A stretch of 64,000 bases of DNA from Betaproteobacteria bacterium (GCA_016208425.1 JACQYA010000118.1:3350-67349), one strand, 5' to 3'. Numbered from the stretch's first letter, positions 1 to 9,327 are shown. A program made the numbers and translations. The notes: a model not told the origin generated them from the letters alone.

Positions 1-710
1 GCCAGACGCGCATCGAGCACCGGATTCTCGCCAGCCCGCAAGCGGCCCACGTGATCGTGCCGGCGGCAACGCTGGCCGCACGCCTGGCGGAAATTTGTCG
101 GCGTTACGAAGACCGGGGGGCGTTCATCCACAACCTGGAGCGGGTCGGCCTCAAGGAAGCGGAACTGGAAGAAGCCATCGAACGCGACTTGCGCGTCGAA
201 GCCATCCTCGAAAAGGTGGCGTCGGATGCCGCGCCGGCCGGCCTCGTCGATGCCGAGATTTACTACCACCTTCACCCGGCCGCCTTCGACCGCCCGGAAG
301 CCCGGCGGCTGCGGCACATCCTGCTCACTTCCGATAGCGTGGCGGCAAAGGCCGGGGCGGCGGCACGGCTCGAATCGCTGCGGGCAACGCTGGCAGGTGC
401 CGAAAACTTCGGCCGCGCCGCGCTGCGCTATTCCCAGTGCCCGACCGCGCTCGAAGGCGGCCAGCTCGGCGCCGTCAAGCGCGGGCAACTCTACCCGGAA
501 CTGGAAGCCGCCGCCTTTGCGCTGGCCGATGGCGAAACCAGCGCCGTGCTGGAGTCGCCCGTCGGCCTGCATATCCTGCGCTGCGACGAGATTCTGCCAA
601 GCGGCCTGCTGCCCTTCGCCGAAGTCTGCGAGCGCATCGTCCGGCACCTGACCGACCGGCACCGCCAGGAAGTGCAGAAGGTGTGGATCAAGGATCTGCC
701 CGGCGGATAA
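1..710 (+). CDS. nifM: NifM-type parvulin peptidyl-prolyl isomerase, 5' end probably outside window
   Basis: ORF 51..710, but the frame stays open back to nt 3. C-terminal PpiC/parvulin-like block (RHILL...GQLGAVKRGQLYPELEAAAFAL..GETSAVLESPVGLHILRCDEI). Located in the nif island. Confidence 0.75.
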   Translation, partial: QTRIEHRILASPQAAHVIVPAATLAARLAEICRRYEDRGAFIHNLERVGLKEAELEEAIERDLRVEAILEKVASDAAPAGLVDAEIYYHLHPAAFDRPEARRLRHILLTSDSVAAKAGAAARLESLRATLAGAENFGRAALRYSQCPTALEGGQLGAVKRGQLYPELEAAAFALADGETSAVLESPVGLHILRCDEILPSGLLPFAEVCERIVRHLTDRHRQEVQKVWIKDLPGG

Positions 711-1950
711 GCGGCGGAAAGCAAGATCCGGCGTAGCCCGGCGCAAAGGCCGTGCCGGGGTGGGCCGCCGGGCCGCTCTTGCCGGGGCGGTCGCTCCAGT
801 ACGGGGACAGCTTGCGCAGCCGGGCGACGACGCCGGGCACCGCGGCGACGACCCGGTCGATTTCCGCTTCCGTGTTGTCGCGCGACAGCGAAAAGCGGAT
901 CGTGCCGTGCGCCGCCGTATAGGGGATACCCATCGCGCGCATCACGTGCGACGGCTCCAGCGAACCCGAAGTGCAGGCCGAACCCGAGCTGGCGGCGATA
1001 CCGAGCTTGTTGAGCAGCAACAGGATGGCCTCGCCCTCGATGTATTCAAAGGCGATGTTGCTGGTGTTGGGCAAACGGTTACCGGTATCGCCGGTGACGA
1101 AACAATGGCCGATCTGGCCGAGGATGCCGTGTTCCAGCCTGTCGCGCAGACGCCCGAGCGCGGCGTTGTTTTCGGCCATGTGTGCCAGCGCCAGCTCGCA
1201 GGCTTTGCCGAGACCGACGATGGACGCCGAATTCTCGGTGCCGGCGCGGCGGCCGCGCTCCTGGTGCCCGCCGCGCAGCAGCGGGCGGAAGCGGCAGCCG
1301 CGACGCAGGTAAAGCACGCCGATACCCTTCGGCGCGTGCAGCTTGTGGCCGGAAAGCGAAAGCATGTCGATCCGGGTGCTCTTCAGGTCGAGCGGGATCT
1401 TGCCGGCCGCCTGCACGGCGTCGGTGTGGAACATGATGCCCCTGGCGGCGGCGAGTCCGGCCATTTCCTCGACCGGGAAAAGGGTGCCGGTCTCGTTGTT
1501 CGCCCACATCGCGGAGACCACCGCCACCCGGTCGTTCAGCAACGATTTGTATTCGTCGAGGTCGAGGCGGCCTTTTTTGTCCACTTTCAGCTTGTGGACG
1601 ATGGCACCCTCCTTTTCCAGCCAGTCGCACAAGGTCAGGATAGCCGGGTGCTCGACATTGGTGGTAATCACCGCGTTACGCTCCGGCTGCGCCTTGAGCG
1701 CCGAAAGGATGGCCGTGGCGTCGGACTCGGTACCGCAGGAGGTGAAGATGATCTCCGAATCGTGCTCGGCGCCGAGCAGCGCCTGCACCTGACCCCGCGC
1801 TTTCTTGAGCGCCTTGCCGACTTCGCTGCCGAAGGCGTGGATCGACGAGGCGTTGCCGAAGTGCTCGGTGAAGAAAGGCTGCATCGCTTCCACCACGGCG
1901 GGGGCTACGCGGGTGGTGGCGTTGTTGTCCAGATAGATCGGGGCATCCAT
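688..1950 (-). CDS. nifS: Cysteine desulfurase NifS
   Basis: 420 aa. Class V aminotransferase pattern with PLP-Lys block SLSGHKLHAPKGIGVLYLR and active-site Cys loop SSGSACTSG. Directly downstream of nifU. The 3' end overlaps the convergent nifM by 23 nt. Confidence 0.93.
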   Translation of the reverse strand: MDAPIYLDNNATTRVAPAVVEAMQPFFTEHFGNASSIHAFGSEVGKALKKARGQVQALLGAEHDSEIIFTSCGTESDATAILSALKAQPERNAVITTNVEHPAILTLCDWLEKEGAIVHKLKVDKKGRLDLDEYKSLLNDRVAVVSAMWANNETGTLFPVEEMAGLAAARGIMFHTDAVQAAGKIPLDLKSTRIDMLSLSGHKLHAPKGIGVLYLRRGCRFRPLLRGGHQERGRRAGTENSASIVGLGKACELALAHMAENNAALGRLRDRLEHGILGQIGHCFVTGDTGNRLPNTSNIAFEYIEGEAILLLLNKLGIAASSGSACTSGSLEPSHVMRAMGIPYTAAHGTIRFSLSRDNTEAEIDRVVAAVPGVVARLRKLSPYWSDRPGKSGPAAHPGTAFAPGYAGSCFPPLIRRADP

Positions 1951-1984
1951 GGCGGGGTTCCTGTGGAAATTGAGTTGGCAAGAA

Positions 1985-2881
1985 TCAGGCTTCGACCGGC
2001 ATGTGCGAGATCGGCAGCACCTGCACCAGTTCGCCCAGCGTTTCGATCATCTTCTGCTGGATGCCGCCCAGCGTCGCGGCTTCCATCATGCAACCCGAGC
2101 AGGCGCCCTTCAGCGTGACGTAGATCTTTTTGCCCTGCACGTCGGCCAGTTCGACGTCGCCGTGGTCGCGCTGCAACATCGGGCGGACGAAATCGAGCAC
2201 TGCCTCGATCTTCTTGATCTTTTGCACCAGCGTCAGCTTGGTGGCCGGCGGCCTGAGCGCTTCCGGCGTTGCCGGGCAGAGCGGTGGCGGAGACACCTCG
2301 CCGGGGCCGGCGCGCCCGGCCTTGACCTTGGCGAGTATCTCCTCGACGCCTTCATGGCAAGCGGCGCAACCGCCGCCTGCCTTGGTGTAGAAGGTCACTT
2401 CTTCCACCGTATGCAGGTCGTTGGCCTTGACCACATCCTCGATCATCGCGGCGTCGACGGCGAAGCACTTGCAGATCAGCGCGCCTTCCTCGTGATCGTC
2501 CGACCATTCCTCGCCGCGATAGTTGGCGATGGCGGCTTGCAAGGCTTCGCGGCCCATCACCGAGCAGTGCATCTTCTCCGGCGGCAGGCCGTCCAGGTAG
2601 TCGGCGATGTTCTGGTTGGACACCTTGAGCGCTTCGTCCAGCGTCATGCCCTTGACGATTTCGGTCAGTGCCGACGACGAGGCGATCGCCGAGCCGCAGC
2701 CGAAAGTCTGGAAGTGCGCGTCCTCGATCACCCCGGTGTCGGCATTGACCTTGAGCATCAGGCGCAGCGCGTCGCCGCACTGGATCGAGCCGACATCGCC
2801 GATGCCGTTAGCGTCTTCCAGAGGGCCGGAATTGCGCGGGTTGAAAAAATGTTCGCGGACTTTGTCGGAGTATTCCCACAT
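1985..2881 (-). CDS. nifU: Fe-S cluster scaffold NifU
   Basis: 298 aa. N-terminal IscU-like Cys motifs ([28 protein letters not shown]), a central Cys-rich domain and a C-terminal Nfu domain (GACSGC). Confidence 0.95.
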   Translation of the reverse strand: MWEYSDKVREHFFNPRNSGPLEDANGIGDVGSIQCGDALRLMLKVNADTGVIEDAHFQTFGCGSAIASSSALTEIVKGMTLDEALKVSNQNIADYLDGLPPEKMHCSVMGREALQAAIANYRGEEWSDDHEEGALICKCFAVDAAMIEDVVKANDLHTVEEVTFYTKAGGGCAACHEGVEEILAKVKAGRAGPGEVSPPPLCPATPEALRPPATKLTLVQKIKKIEAVLDFVRPMLQRDHGDVELADVQGKKIYVTLKGACSGCMMEAATLGGIQQKMIETLGELVQVLPISHMPVEA

Positions 2882-2891
2882 GAGTTTTCCC

Positions 2892-3215
2892 CTACACCGA
2901 GAACGACGAACCGCAGGAGCACTGCGAAGCGGCGTTCGGGTTGTCGAACTTGAAACCGGTGTGGGTCAGCGTGTCGATGAAGTCGACGGTAACGTTGTCG
3001 ACCATCGGCATGGTCAGCGGGTCGACCAACAGCTTGACGCCGTCGACTTCCAGCTCCCAGTCGTCCTCGGCCTTTTCGGCTTCGAGCTTCATGCCGTATT
3101 GCAGCCCGGAACAGCCGCCGCCGGAGATCACCAGGCGCAGGCCGGCAACCGGCGTCCCGGAACCGCGAATAAAGCGCTGCACGGCTTTGACGGCCGAGGG
3201 GGTCAGATGGATCAT
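2892..3215 (-). CDS. iscA: HesB/IscA-family A-type Fe-S carrier (nif-associated)
   Basis: 107 aa. GGGCSG...SQCSCGSSF cysteine signature of the IscA/HesB family. First gene behind the sigma54 promoter at 3249. Confidence 0.9.
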   Translation of the reverse strand: MIHLTPSAVKAVQRFIRGSGTPVAGLRLVISGGGCSGLQYGMKLEAEKAEDDWELEVDGVKLLVDPLTMPMVDNVTVDFIDTLTHTGFKFDNPNAASQCSCGSSFSV

Positions 3216-3248
3216 GTCGATTCTCCCAGTTTGGATAAGCGAGTCATT

Positions 3249-3263
3249 GCAAGCCCCGTGCCA
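3249..3263 (-). promoter_or_regulatory. sigma54 -24/-12 promoter for iscA-nifU-nifS
   Basis: Minus strand reads TGGCAC-GGGGC-TTGC (perfect GG-N10-GC spacing), 34 nt upstream of the iscA ATG. Confidence 0.85.
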
Positions 3264-3319
3264 TGTTCCGATAACGATTTAACTAACTGTATTTATGTGG
3301 TTTTTGCTGCGTAGCGTTT

Positions 3320-3335
3320 TGTTGCAAACGCGACA
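3320..3335 (-). promoter_or_regulatory. NifA upstream activator site (TGT-N10-ACA)
   Basis: TGTTGCAAACGCGACA, about 57 bp upstream of the -24 element at 3263. Confidence 0.8.
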
Positions 3336-3387
3336 ATCGGCGAGCGGCGCCTATAATTGCCGCAACCCGTGCCATTCCGTGGGGTGC

Positions 3388-3421
3388 GGTGGGGCACGAA
3401 CGGTGCGGTTCGTGCCCCACC
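3388..3421 (-). terminator. 14-bp perfect stem-loop just after the fdxB stop (terminator or mRNA-stabilising hairpin, no clear U-tract)
   Basis: GGTGGGGCACGAAC / GTTCGTGCCCCACC arms with a 6-nt loop, immediately 3' of the ferredoxin ORF. Confidence 0.55.
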
Positions 3422-3422
3422 A

Positions 3423-3692
3423 TCACCCCGGCGCGTAGGTGTAGCAGCCCTTCGGGCAGACGCGGCCGCAGGAGCCGCAACCGATGCAGTCGGGCGCGTT
3501 GGCGAGCGACATGACCATCATGTTGTCGTCTTCATTGTCATCGTCGTCGTCCAGCTCGCGTTCGACCAGGTCGAGCACTTTGCGCGGGCAGACCTTGAAG
3601 CAGCGGCCGCAGCCGATGCACTTGGCCTGGTCGAGGGCGGTGGCGAATTGCGGCGTCCATTCGGTGCCGCCCCGGGTGAGTCCGGTAATCAT
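3423..3692 (-). CDS. fdxB: 2x[4Fe-4S] ferredoxin, nif-specific ferredoxin III type
   Basis: 89 aa. Two CxxCxxCxxxCP motifs (CIGCGRCFKVCP, CIGCGSCGRVCP) separated by an acidic DDDDDNEDD insert. Last gene of the nifN-X operon. Confidence 0.85.
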   Translation of the reverse strand: MITGLTRGGTEWTPQFATALDQAKCIGCGRCFKVCPRKVLDLVERELDDDDDNEDDNMMVMSLANAPDCIGCGSCGRVCPKGCYTYAPG

Positions 3693-3749
3693 GCGGTTTG
3701 CTCTTTCCGTTCGGCGGCGGGCGCTTCGGCACTCATCTTGCCCCCGCCC

Positions 3750-4211
3750 TTACAGCCCGGCAACGGCCGGGTGTTGGCCGATGCGCTCGATGGCGACGGC
3801 GAGAATCTTGTCGGCTTCGTCCTTCATCTTCGACAGGCTGGCAAAACCGAAGCGGTGCACGTCGCGCAGCGTGCGGTCGACGGCGACCAGCTTGCCGACG
3901 GTAATCAGCGCCCGGCCGAAACCTTCGTGCGTCAGATGCACGAGCGGCACGGCGAGCAGCTTGCATTCCTTCTCGACGAGCACGGCGATGGCGTTGTAGA
4001 AAGCCTTGACGCGCGAAATCGTCTCGTCGTCCGGGTCGCCGATCAAGGGAATTTCGGCCTTGCGCTCCCTGGTCAGCACATAGGGGTCGAGGATTTTTTC
4101 GACGCTCCGGCCGCCGTAGCTGCCGTAGGTGTCCAGCGCGCGCATCTGGCGCACCATTTCCTTGACGAAGTCCGTGTCGAAGATGGGGTCATTGGTCGTC
4201 GCTGCGCTCAT
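3750..4211 (-). CDS. NifX-associated nitrogen fixation protein (DUF269 family)
   Basis: 153 aa. Position downstream of nifX and sequence character (RQMRALDTYG...ERKAEIPLIGDPD...FYNAIA) match the conserved nifENX-linked orf3/DUF269 family as I recall it. Confidence 0.75.
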   Translation of the reverse strand: MSAATTNDPIFDTDFVKEMVRQMRALDTYGSYGGRSVEKILDPYVLTRERKAEIPLIGDPDDETISRVKAFYNAIAVLVEKECKLLAVPLVHLTHEGFGRALITVGKLVAVDRTLRDVHRFGFASLSKMKDEADKILAVAIERIGQHPAVAGL

Positions 4212-4668
4212 GGTGGAACTCCTCTTGAGAAAGATGGGAATGGCCTGGTGCGGGAATGAGTTGTGGCGCCGGCAACAGGCCGGGAACAGTCCACAGGGCG
4301 AGACGCGCGATGCCGAGCGCGCCGAAAAAACCGACGATGGCGCCGAGCGCGGTGGCTTCGTCGCTGCCGTCCAGCGAGGCGCCGAAGCCGGCGCCGACCA
4401 GCATGGAGAGCGCCGGGAAGAGATAGCCGAGCAGGGCGGAAACCGTCAGGCGGCTTTCCGGCAGCGCGATGATGACCCGGTCGCCGGGCGCGATGCCGCC
4501 GCCGGCCGGCAGCGTGAGCAGGGTGGCGCGGCCGCCGGCCATCCGGCCGATGCCGCAAGCCGTTCCGTGGCGGCAAGAAGCGCAGCCGGCAGCTTCCATC
4601 GCGACGACGGCCTTGCCGCCTTCGACGCACCGCACGACACCACGGTGTTCGATGCTGTTAGCGACCAT
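4189..4668 (-). CDS. RseC/MucC-like Cys-rich membrane protein
   Basis: Internal ATG at 4668 of track ORF 4189..4911; the upstream part of that ORF overlaps nifX and is rejected. N-terminal VVRCVEGGKAVVAMEAAGCASCRHGTACG motif followed by two hydrophobic helices (LLGYLFPALSMLVGAGFG, LGAIVGFFGALGIARLALW), the typical RseC architecture. Confidence 0.7.
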   Translation of the reverse strand: MVANSIEHRGVVRCVEGGKAVVAMEAAGCASCRHGTACGIGRMAGGRATLLTLPAGGGIAPGDRVIIALPESRLTVSALLGYLFPALSMLVGAGFGASLDGSDEATALGAIVGFFGALGIARLALWTVPGLLPAPQLIPAPGHSHLSQEEFHHERSDDQ

Positions 4669-4673
4669 CGCGC

Positions 4674-5108
4674 TCAACCCTCCCACCCTTCTTTTTCCAT
4701 GTCGGCGAAGCGCTTGTCCGGCCCGGCCTTCACCCGCGCGGCGACGGCGCGGTCTACCCACACCACGCCGCCATCGCGTATCGCCCGGCCGATGTCGGCG
4801 AGCAGATCGCCGATCGTGTCGGCTCCGCCGGTACGTACCGGCTGTATACCCGCGGCCACCAGCTGCCGGATCGCCGAGGCACCGATCGCCGTCGCGTAAA
4901 CTGCGGCGCACCCCCGGAGGAAGCCGATCTTGGCGGCGAGCTTGTCCTCGTTGCCGTCCATCGCGTTTGCGGCGGGTGCGGTAAATTCGGCGACGCCGAC
5001 GAGCGTCGCCCTATCCGGCGTCACCTCGTAAACCACGAAGCCTTCGGCCGCACCGAAATGCTGGTCGACGCGAACGCGGTCGGTGGAAGCAAAGGCGAGC
5101 TTGAGCAT
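4674..5108 (-). CDS. nifX: FeMo-cofactor carrier NifX
   Basis: Start at internal ATG (MLKLAFASTDRVRVDQHFGAAEGFVVYEV...), the NifX/NifB C-terminal domain family. 17 nt after the nifN stop. Confidence 0.9.
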   Translation of the reverse strand: MLKLAFASTDRVRVDQHFGAAEGFVVYEVTPDRATLVGVAEFTAPAANAMDGNEDKLAAKIGFLRGCAAVYATAIGASAIRQLVAAGIQPVRTGGADTIGDLLADIGRAIRDGGVVWVDRAVAARVKAGPDKRFADMEKEGWEG

Positions 5109-5124
5109 GGCGGCGGGCTCCGGC

Positions 5125-6516
5125 TTATTGCACCAGACCCGCTGTAGCCGGCGCGACGCGGTCTTGTCCACACGCTTCGCTCCGGTAGAGGGATCGGTAG
5201 GGTTCGGGTTCATGGTGTTGGCCCTGTATCAGGTTGGCGAGATCGAACAATGCCTGCCGCGTGCCACGGTATCCCGTCCAGGTGCGGGCGTAGCCGCCGA
5301 CCAAGTCGTACTGCGGAAAGCCGGCACGCAGCAGGGGCAAGCCCAGGCGGCGAGCGGTTCCGGCTGCGTGCGAGCTGGCGATCACGAGTTGCGCGCCGTT
5401 GGCGCGCGCCTCGATTTCCAGGTCTTCCAGGTCTCCGACGACGATTTTGGCAACCGGCGAAGCGGCCAGGCTTTCCGCCTTGGCCGGACTGACGGCGCCG
5501 ACAATCTCCGCGCCCATGCCGGTCAGGAAGCGGGCCTGCATGCCGAGCAGATCGGGGTCGGCAGCCAGCGCGACGCGCGCGAAGCCGATCATGAAGTGGC
5601 AGTCGACCATCGCGTCCTGTAACTGGGTGCGGTGACGCTCGATTTTTCCCGGCACCGGCTTGCCGGAAATATTGGCCAGCGCCTGCGTGAAGGCGTCGCA
5701 GTCGTCCAGCCCCATCAGGCCGGCAAAGCGATAGTCGGGAACGCCGGTGCGCGCTTTCAGGATGTCTGCCGCCTTGTGCAGCGAGGGGCCGATGACCAGC
5801 GTGGCGCACGATTCGCCCATGATTTCGATTTCCGAGCGCGGCGTGCCGCCGATGGTCAGCGCCGAATACTCGGCTCCGGTCAGATGACCGTCGAGCGAAT
5901 CGCCGATGTCGGGCACGACGACGGGGCGCAGGCCGAAGGCTTCGATCCACTCCTTGATCGCTTCGATGTCGCCCGGCGTGAGCATCGCCGACGCCAGCAC
6001 ATTGACCTGTTTCGCCCGTTTTCCGGCACTACCGCTTTCCGGCACCAGGGTTTCGATCAGCGACTCGACGGCCAGCGCGTAGCCGCTTTCCAGGCAGCCG
6101 ATGGTGTCCGGGGTATTGGCCGGCACCACGGCGACACACGCAAACTCGGGATGCGCGGCGCGGAACTCGCGCACGGCACGGCGGATGTCGGTGCCTTGCG
6201 TTTCGGACAGGCCCGTCGTCACCAGCCCGATGATGTCGGGCTTGCTCTTGTCCGACAGCGCGCGCAGCGCCTCCTTGATGTTTTCGTCGGCGCCCATAAT
6301 GGTCGACACCTGATCCATCGCCGTTGTCTGTAGCGGGATCGGCTCGCGGAAATGGCGCACGAAGAAGACCTTGCCGAAGGCCGTGCACCCCTGTGCGCCG
6401 TGCATCAGCGGCAGGCTGCGATCCAGCCCGAGAAAGGCCAGCGCGGCACCCATCGCCTGGCTGACCTTGAGCGGATTGACTGTCAGCGCCTTCTTGGAAA
6501 CCTCGATCTTGGCCAT
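5125..6516 (-). CDS. nifN: FeMo-cofactor biosynthesis scaffold NifN
   Basis: [65 protein letters not shown] is the typical NifN N-terminus. The track start at 6567 lies inside the sigma54 promoter, so ATG 6516 is preferred. Confidence 0.92.
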   Translation of the reverse strand: MAKIEVSKKALTVNPLKVSQAMGAALAFLGLDRSLPLMHGAQGCTAFGKVFFVRHFREPIPLQTTAMDQVSTIMGADENIKEALRALSDKSKPDIIGLVTTGLSETQGTDIRRAVREFRAAHPEFACVAVVPANTPDTIGCLESGYALAVESLIETLVPESGSAGKRAKQVNVLASAMLTPGDIEAIKEWIEAFGLRPVVVPDIGDSLDGHLTGAEYSALTIGGTPRSEIEIMGESCATLVIGPSLHKAADILKARTGVPDYRFAGLMGLDDCDAFTQALANISGKPVPGKIERHRTQLQDAMVDCHFMIGFARVALAADPDLLGMQARFLTGMGAEIVGAVSPAKAESLAASPVAKIVVGDLEDLEIEARANGAQLVIASSHAAGTARRLGLPLLRAGFPQYDLVGGYARTWTGYRGTRQALFDLANLIQGQHHEPEPYRSLYRSEACGQDRVAPATAGLVQ

Positions 6517-6551
6517 TTTGTGAGTCGCGTGACGATAACGACTGACTTCTA

Positions 6552-6566
6552 GCAAAGACCGCGCCA
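6552..6566 (-). promoter_or_regulatory. sigma54 -24/-12 promoter dedicated to nifN
   Basis: Minus strand reads TGGCGC-GGTCT-TTGC (GG and GC correctly spaced), 36 nt upstream of ATG 6516. Confidence 0.7.
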
Positions 6567-6610
6567 CGTCTAAAATACAATGCTTTCAATGGGATGTATC
6601 GTGCGCGCCG

Positions 6611-6626
6611 TGTCGTCAACGCGACA
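6611..6626 (-). promoter_or_regulatory. NifA upstream activator site (TGT-N10-ACA) for nifN
   Basis: TGTCGTCAACGCGACA, 45 bp upstream of the -24 element. Same extended pattern as the other five UAS in the window. Confidence 0.75.
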
Positions 6627-6674
6627 ACGAGCCAAAATATCCGTCATTTTGCCAACTCGCAGATACCGAATCCC

Positions 6675-6699
6675 GTCATTCCTGGCTCGCCCGGAATCC
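6675..6699. repeat. REP-like hairpin unit GTCATTCC..GGAATCC
   Basis: GTCATTCCTGGCTCGCCCGGAATCC. A second, related copy lies at 31588..31611. Confidence 0.5.
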
Positions 6700-6960
6700 T
6701 GTAGGCTCATCTGCGGGATTTGAAAAGGCCTGTTATCACGGCTTTCTTCTCTACTCCAGCATGAATCCACCCGCCGACGCCCCACTGACGGACATGACTT
6801 GCGCCTGCGACCTGTGAGTTGACACTCCTCCCTTTCTATTTGTCGCTACAGAATGACTTGGAAGACCCGGATTTGGTTCATGCGTTGCTGGCGATACCGG
6901 GAAAATGATTTCGCGTGTTGCGCGTGATTTACAACGAAACGAGGGAACCGGTTACGGTAG

Positions 6961-7293
6961 TCACGGCTTTCTTCGACGAACAGATAAAGGATCTATGAGA
7001 CTCGAATTCGACCCGTTACGCGGCGAAACGACGTGGGCCAACGCAGATAGCCCGGCGGGCTGCATCGTACGGGCCGCAGCATCCACCATCGTTGCTACCG
7101 CCTGGCGCATTTCATCGACCAGCACCGGCCGCATGGCCTCATACATTGCCGCACCGATTGGCGCATCGAGCTTGATCAGCTTGTCGTCTATGAAATCCTT
7201 GAGCGGACGGGTACCCTGTCGCGGCAGCAGGTTACTGCAGGGCAATGTCAATTTTTGTCCAAGAGACTGTCGGCCGAAGCGATGGCGATGCAT
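6961..7293 (-). CDS. Hypothetical protein in the nifE-nifN spacer (uncertain)
   Basis: ORF co-oriented with nifE/nifN. Its central part has GC-rich third positions (..LLPRQGTRPLKDFIDDKLIKLDAPIGAAMYEAMRPVLVDEMRQAVATMVDAAA..). No family recognised, and the start overlaps the start of the opposing ORF. Confidence 0.3.
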   Translation of the reverse strand: MHRHRFGRQSLGQKLTLPCSNLLPRQGTRPLKDFIDDKLIKLDAPIGAAMYEAMRPVLVDEMRQAVATMVDAAARTMQPAGLSALAHVVSPRNGSNSSLIDPLSVRRRKP

Positions 7294-7800
7294 GAAAGTC
7301 TGTATGCCCAAGCACTGATCCAGCGGGGTGCTGAAAACGCGGTCGGAGCCTACTGCCTGTTGAACTCCGCTACAGAAGCAATGATTGACCGTTTCCTGTT
7401 TTCTTTGTGTGAGAAAGTTGAGGCGTCCAATGAACTTGAACGCTTTTTGTTGGGCGAGTCGATCAGCACCACCTGCGAACTATTCAAGGCGTCGCCGATC
7501 GCTGTTGACCCGCCGCGCTCGGCCAATCCACCCTCGCCGTTTCAACGTCTGAAGTTTCTGCAGGAGATAGGAATTGTAAAACCTTCTGAGGTGCGGCGCC
7601 TTCAGAAATTACTCACGACCGTTCGCAACGACGGCATGCGCAATGATCTGAGTCACGGAAGAAAAGGCGGCATTCCTTCAGTTGCAGTCGACAACGCGAT
7701 AGCAGCATTTCGTGACCTCAGATCCGCTTTTCAGGCGCTGGGACAGATGAATGAACAAAACATCCGCGATTCTGACCCGGAATCCGGTTCCTTGATTTAA
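7282..7800 (+). CDS. HEPN/MtlR-like domain protein candidate (Rx4H motif)
   Basis: 172 aa from ATG 7282 (the track start at 7255 is TTG). Mid-GC, atypical codon usage. C-terminal LQKLLTTVRNDGMRNDLSHG contains RNDLSH (R-x4-H), preceded by the helical ..RLKFLQEIGIVKPSEVRRL.. pattern seen in HEPN/DUF4145/MtlR-type proteins. Confidence 0.5.
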   Translation: MAMHESLYAQALIQRGAENAVGAYCLLNSATEAMIDRFLFSLCEKVEASNELERFLLGESISTTCELFKASPIAVDPPRSANPPSPFQRLKFLQEIGIVKPSEVRRLQKLLTTVRNDGMRNDLSHGRKGGIPSVAVDNAIAAFRDLRSAFQALGQMNEQNIRDSDPESGSLI

Positions 7801-7853
7801 TTGGATTCCCTCCTTCGCGTGAACGACGAAAACCGGATTTATAGAAGTGCCCT

Positions 7854-9224
7854 TTATTTCACCCACGGTGCCGGCTTGCGCACGGCTTCCCAGACCGGGC
7901 TTTCCATCGACAACGCCAACTGGCGGGCGAGTTCGACCATGCCGGTGTAGCCGGCGTAGCCGAATTCGCGTTCCTGGTTGATGTCCAGGAAGGGGATGCG
8001 CGCTTTCAGCGCCGTGTAGAGATTACGCCCGCCGGCGATCAGGATGTCGGCGCGGTACTCGTGGTACGCGGAGAGCAACGCTTTCGGGCTACCGTCGTCG
8101 ATCATCGTCGTCTCGTCGCCCATCAGCTCGCGGATGCGCGCCTTGTCTTCCTCGGTGGATTTGCGCGTGCCGGTGGCGACGACCTTCATGCCGAGATCCT
8201 GCAGGGCCGAGACGACAGACCACGATTTGACGCCCCCCGTGTAAAGCAGCGCGCGCTTGCCTTCGAGCCGCCCGCGCCAGGGTTCGAGCGCGGCGTCCGA
8301 CCGGGCTTCCTCGCGGGCGATGATCGCTTCGGTGCGCGCGACCAGATCCGGGTCGCCGATCAGGCGGGCAAAATCGCGCAGCGCGCCGGAAACGTCCTGC
8401 ACGCCATAGAAGCTGCCCTCGAAGAAAGGGATGCCGAAACGCTCGTGCATCTTGCGCGCGACGTTGAGCAGCGCTTTGGCGCAAACGACCATATTCGCCT
8501 TGGCGCGATGCATGGTCTGGACGTGACGGAAGCGCGCATCGCCGGACAGCGTGCAGAGTATGCGCAGGCCGAGCTCGTCGAATAGCGGCGCGACGTGCCA
8601 GAACTCGCCGGCGATGTTGTATTCGCCGATCAGGTTCACGTCGTAGGTCGGCAGGCCGTCGGCGCGTGGGGCGGCGGGCGCCGGTTCGCGCGTGCCGATC
8701 ACATGCTTGAACATCGCCTCGCCGGCCAGCCGGTTGCCGAGGTTCTTGGTGCCGTAGAATCCGGCCGCGTCGACCGGGACGACCGGCGTGCCCCAGCGCC
8801 CGCTCGCCGCCTTGCAGACAGCGTCCAAATCGTCGCCGATCAGCGCGGGAACACAGGTGTTGTAGACGAATACCGCCGCTGGCGCATAGCTGTCGATGGC
8901 CTGCTTGATCGCCAGGAACAAGCGCTTCTCGCCGCGCCCCATCACGACATCGGTTTCCGACAGGTCGGTGGTCATCCCGATGCGGTAGAGCGCGATGCCG
9001 GAAGAGCGCGTTCCCCGGTTGTCCCACGACGACCCGGCGCAGGCGATCGGCCCGTGCACGATGTGCGCGACATCGGCGATCGGCAACAGCACGATCTGCG
9101 CGCCGTCGAAGGAACAACCGCCCGCCGTCGCGCCCGGCGCCGGCCGCGCGCAGCCGGATTTCTCCTTCGTGTTGTGGCTACAGGCCGGCTCGTCGAGCAG
9201 AGCCTGAATCTCGCTGGCTTTCAT
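7854..9224 (-). CDS. nifE: FeMo-cofactor biosynthesis scaffold NifE
   Basis: 456 aa. [25 protein letters not shown]...[37 protein letters not shown] is typical of NifE. Confidence 0.95.
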   Translation of the reverse strand: MKASEIQALLDEPACSHNTKEKSGCARPAPGATAGGCSFDGAQIVLLPIADVAHIVHGPIACAGSSWDNRGTRSSGIALYRIGMTTDLSETDVVMGRGEKRLFLAIKQAIDSYAPAAVFVYNTCVPALIGDDLDAVCKAASGRWGTPVVPVDAAGFYGTKNLGNRLAGEAMFKHVIGTREPAPAAPRADGLPTYDVNLIGEYNIAGEFWHVAPLFDELGLRILCTLSGDARFRHVQTMHRAKANMVVCAKALLNVARKMHERFGIPFFEGSFYGVQDVSGALRDFARLIGDPDLVARTEAIIAREEARSDAALEPWRGRLEGKRALLYTGGVKSWSVVSALQDLGMKVVATGTRKSTEEDKARIRELMGDETTMIDDGSPKALLSAYHEYRADILIAGGRNLYTALKARIPFLDINQEREFGYAGYTGMVELARQLALSMESPVWEAVRKPAPWVK

Positions 9225-9254
9225 GCGGGTCTCCAGAGGTCTGGATTACCCTGA

Positions 9255-9269
9255 GCAAGATAGGTGCCA
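9255..9269 (-). promoter_or_regulatory. sigma54 -24/-12 promoter for nifE
   Basis: Minus strand reads TGGCAC-CTATC-TTGC (consensus), 31 nt upstream of the nifE ATG. Confidence 0.88.
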
Positions 9270-9311
9270 CCTATAGATTATTGTTTTTGCGGAAAAATAT
9301 TCTTTGCGGTT

Positions 9312-9327
9312 TGTCACAAAGGCGACA
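9312..9327 (-). promoter_or_regulatory. NifA upstream activator site for nifE
   Basis: TGTCACAAAGGCGACA. An AT-rich tract (9270..9300) lies between the UAS and the -24 element. Confidence 0.8.

Noticed and set aside
4669-4911. N-terminal 81 aa of the 240-aa track ORF 4189..4911.
   Set aside because: It overlaps nifX in another frame and is Arg-rich low-complexity sequence. The RseC-like homology begins at ATG 4668.
6568-7853. Possibility that the nifE-nifN insert is an IS element or group II intron.
   Set aside because: No transposase or reverse-transcriptase-like ORF, terminal inverted repeats or target duplication could be identified by eye. It is also too short for a group II intron with an IEP.
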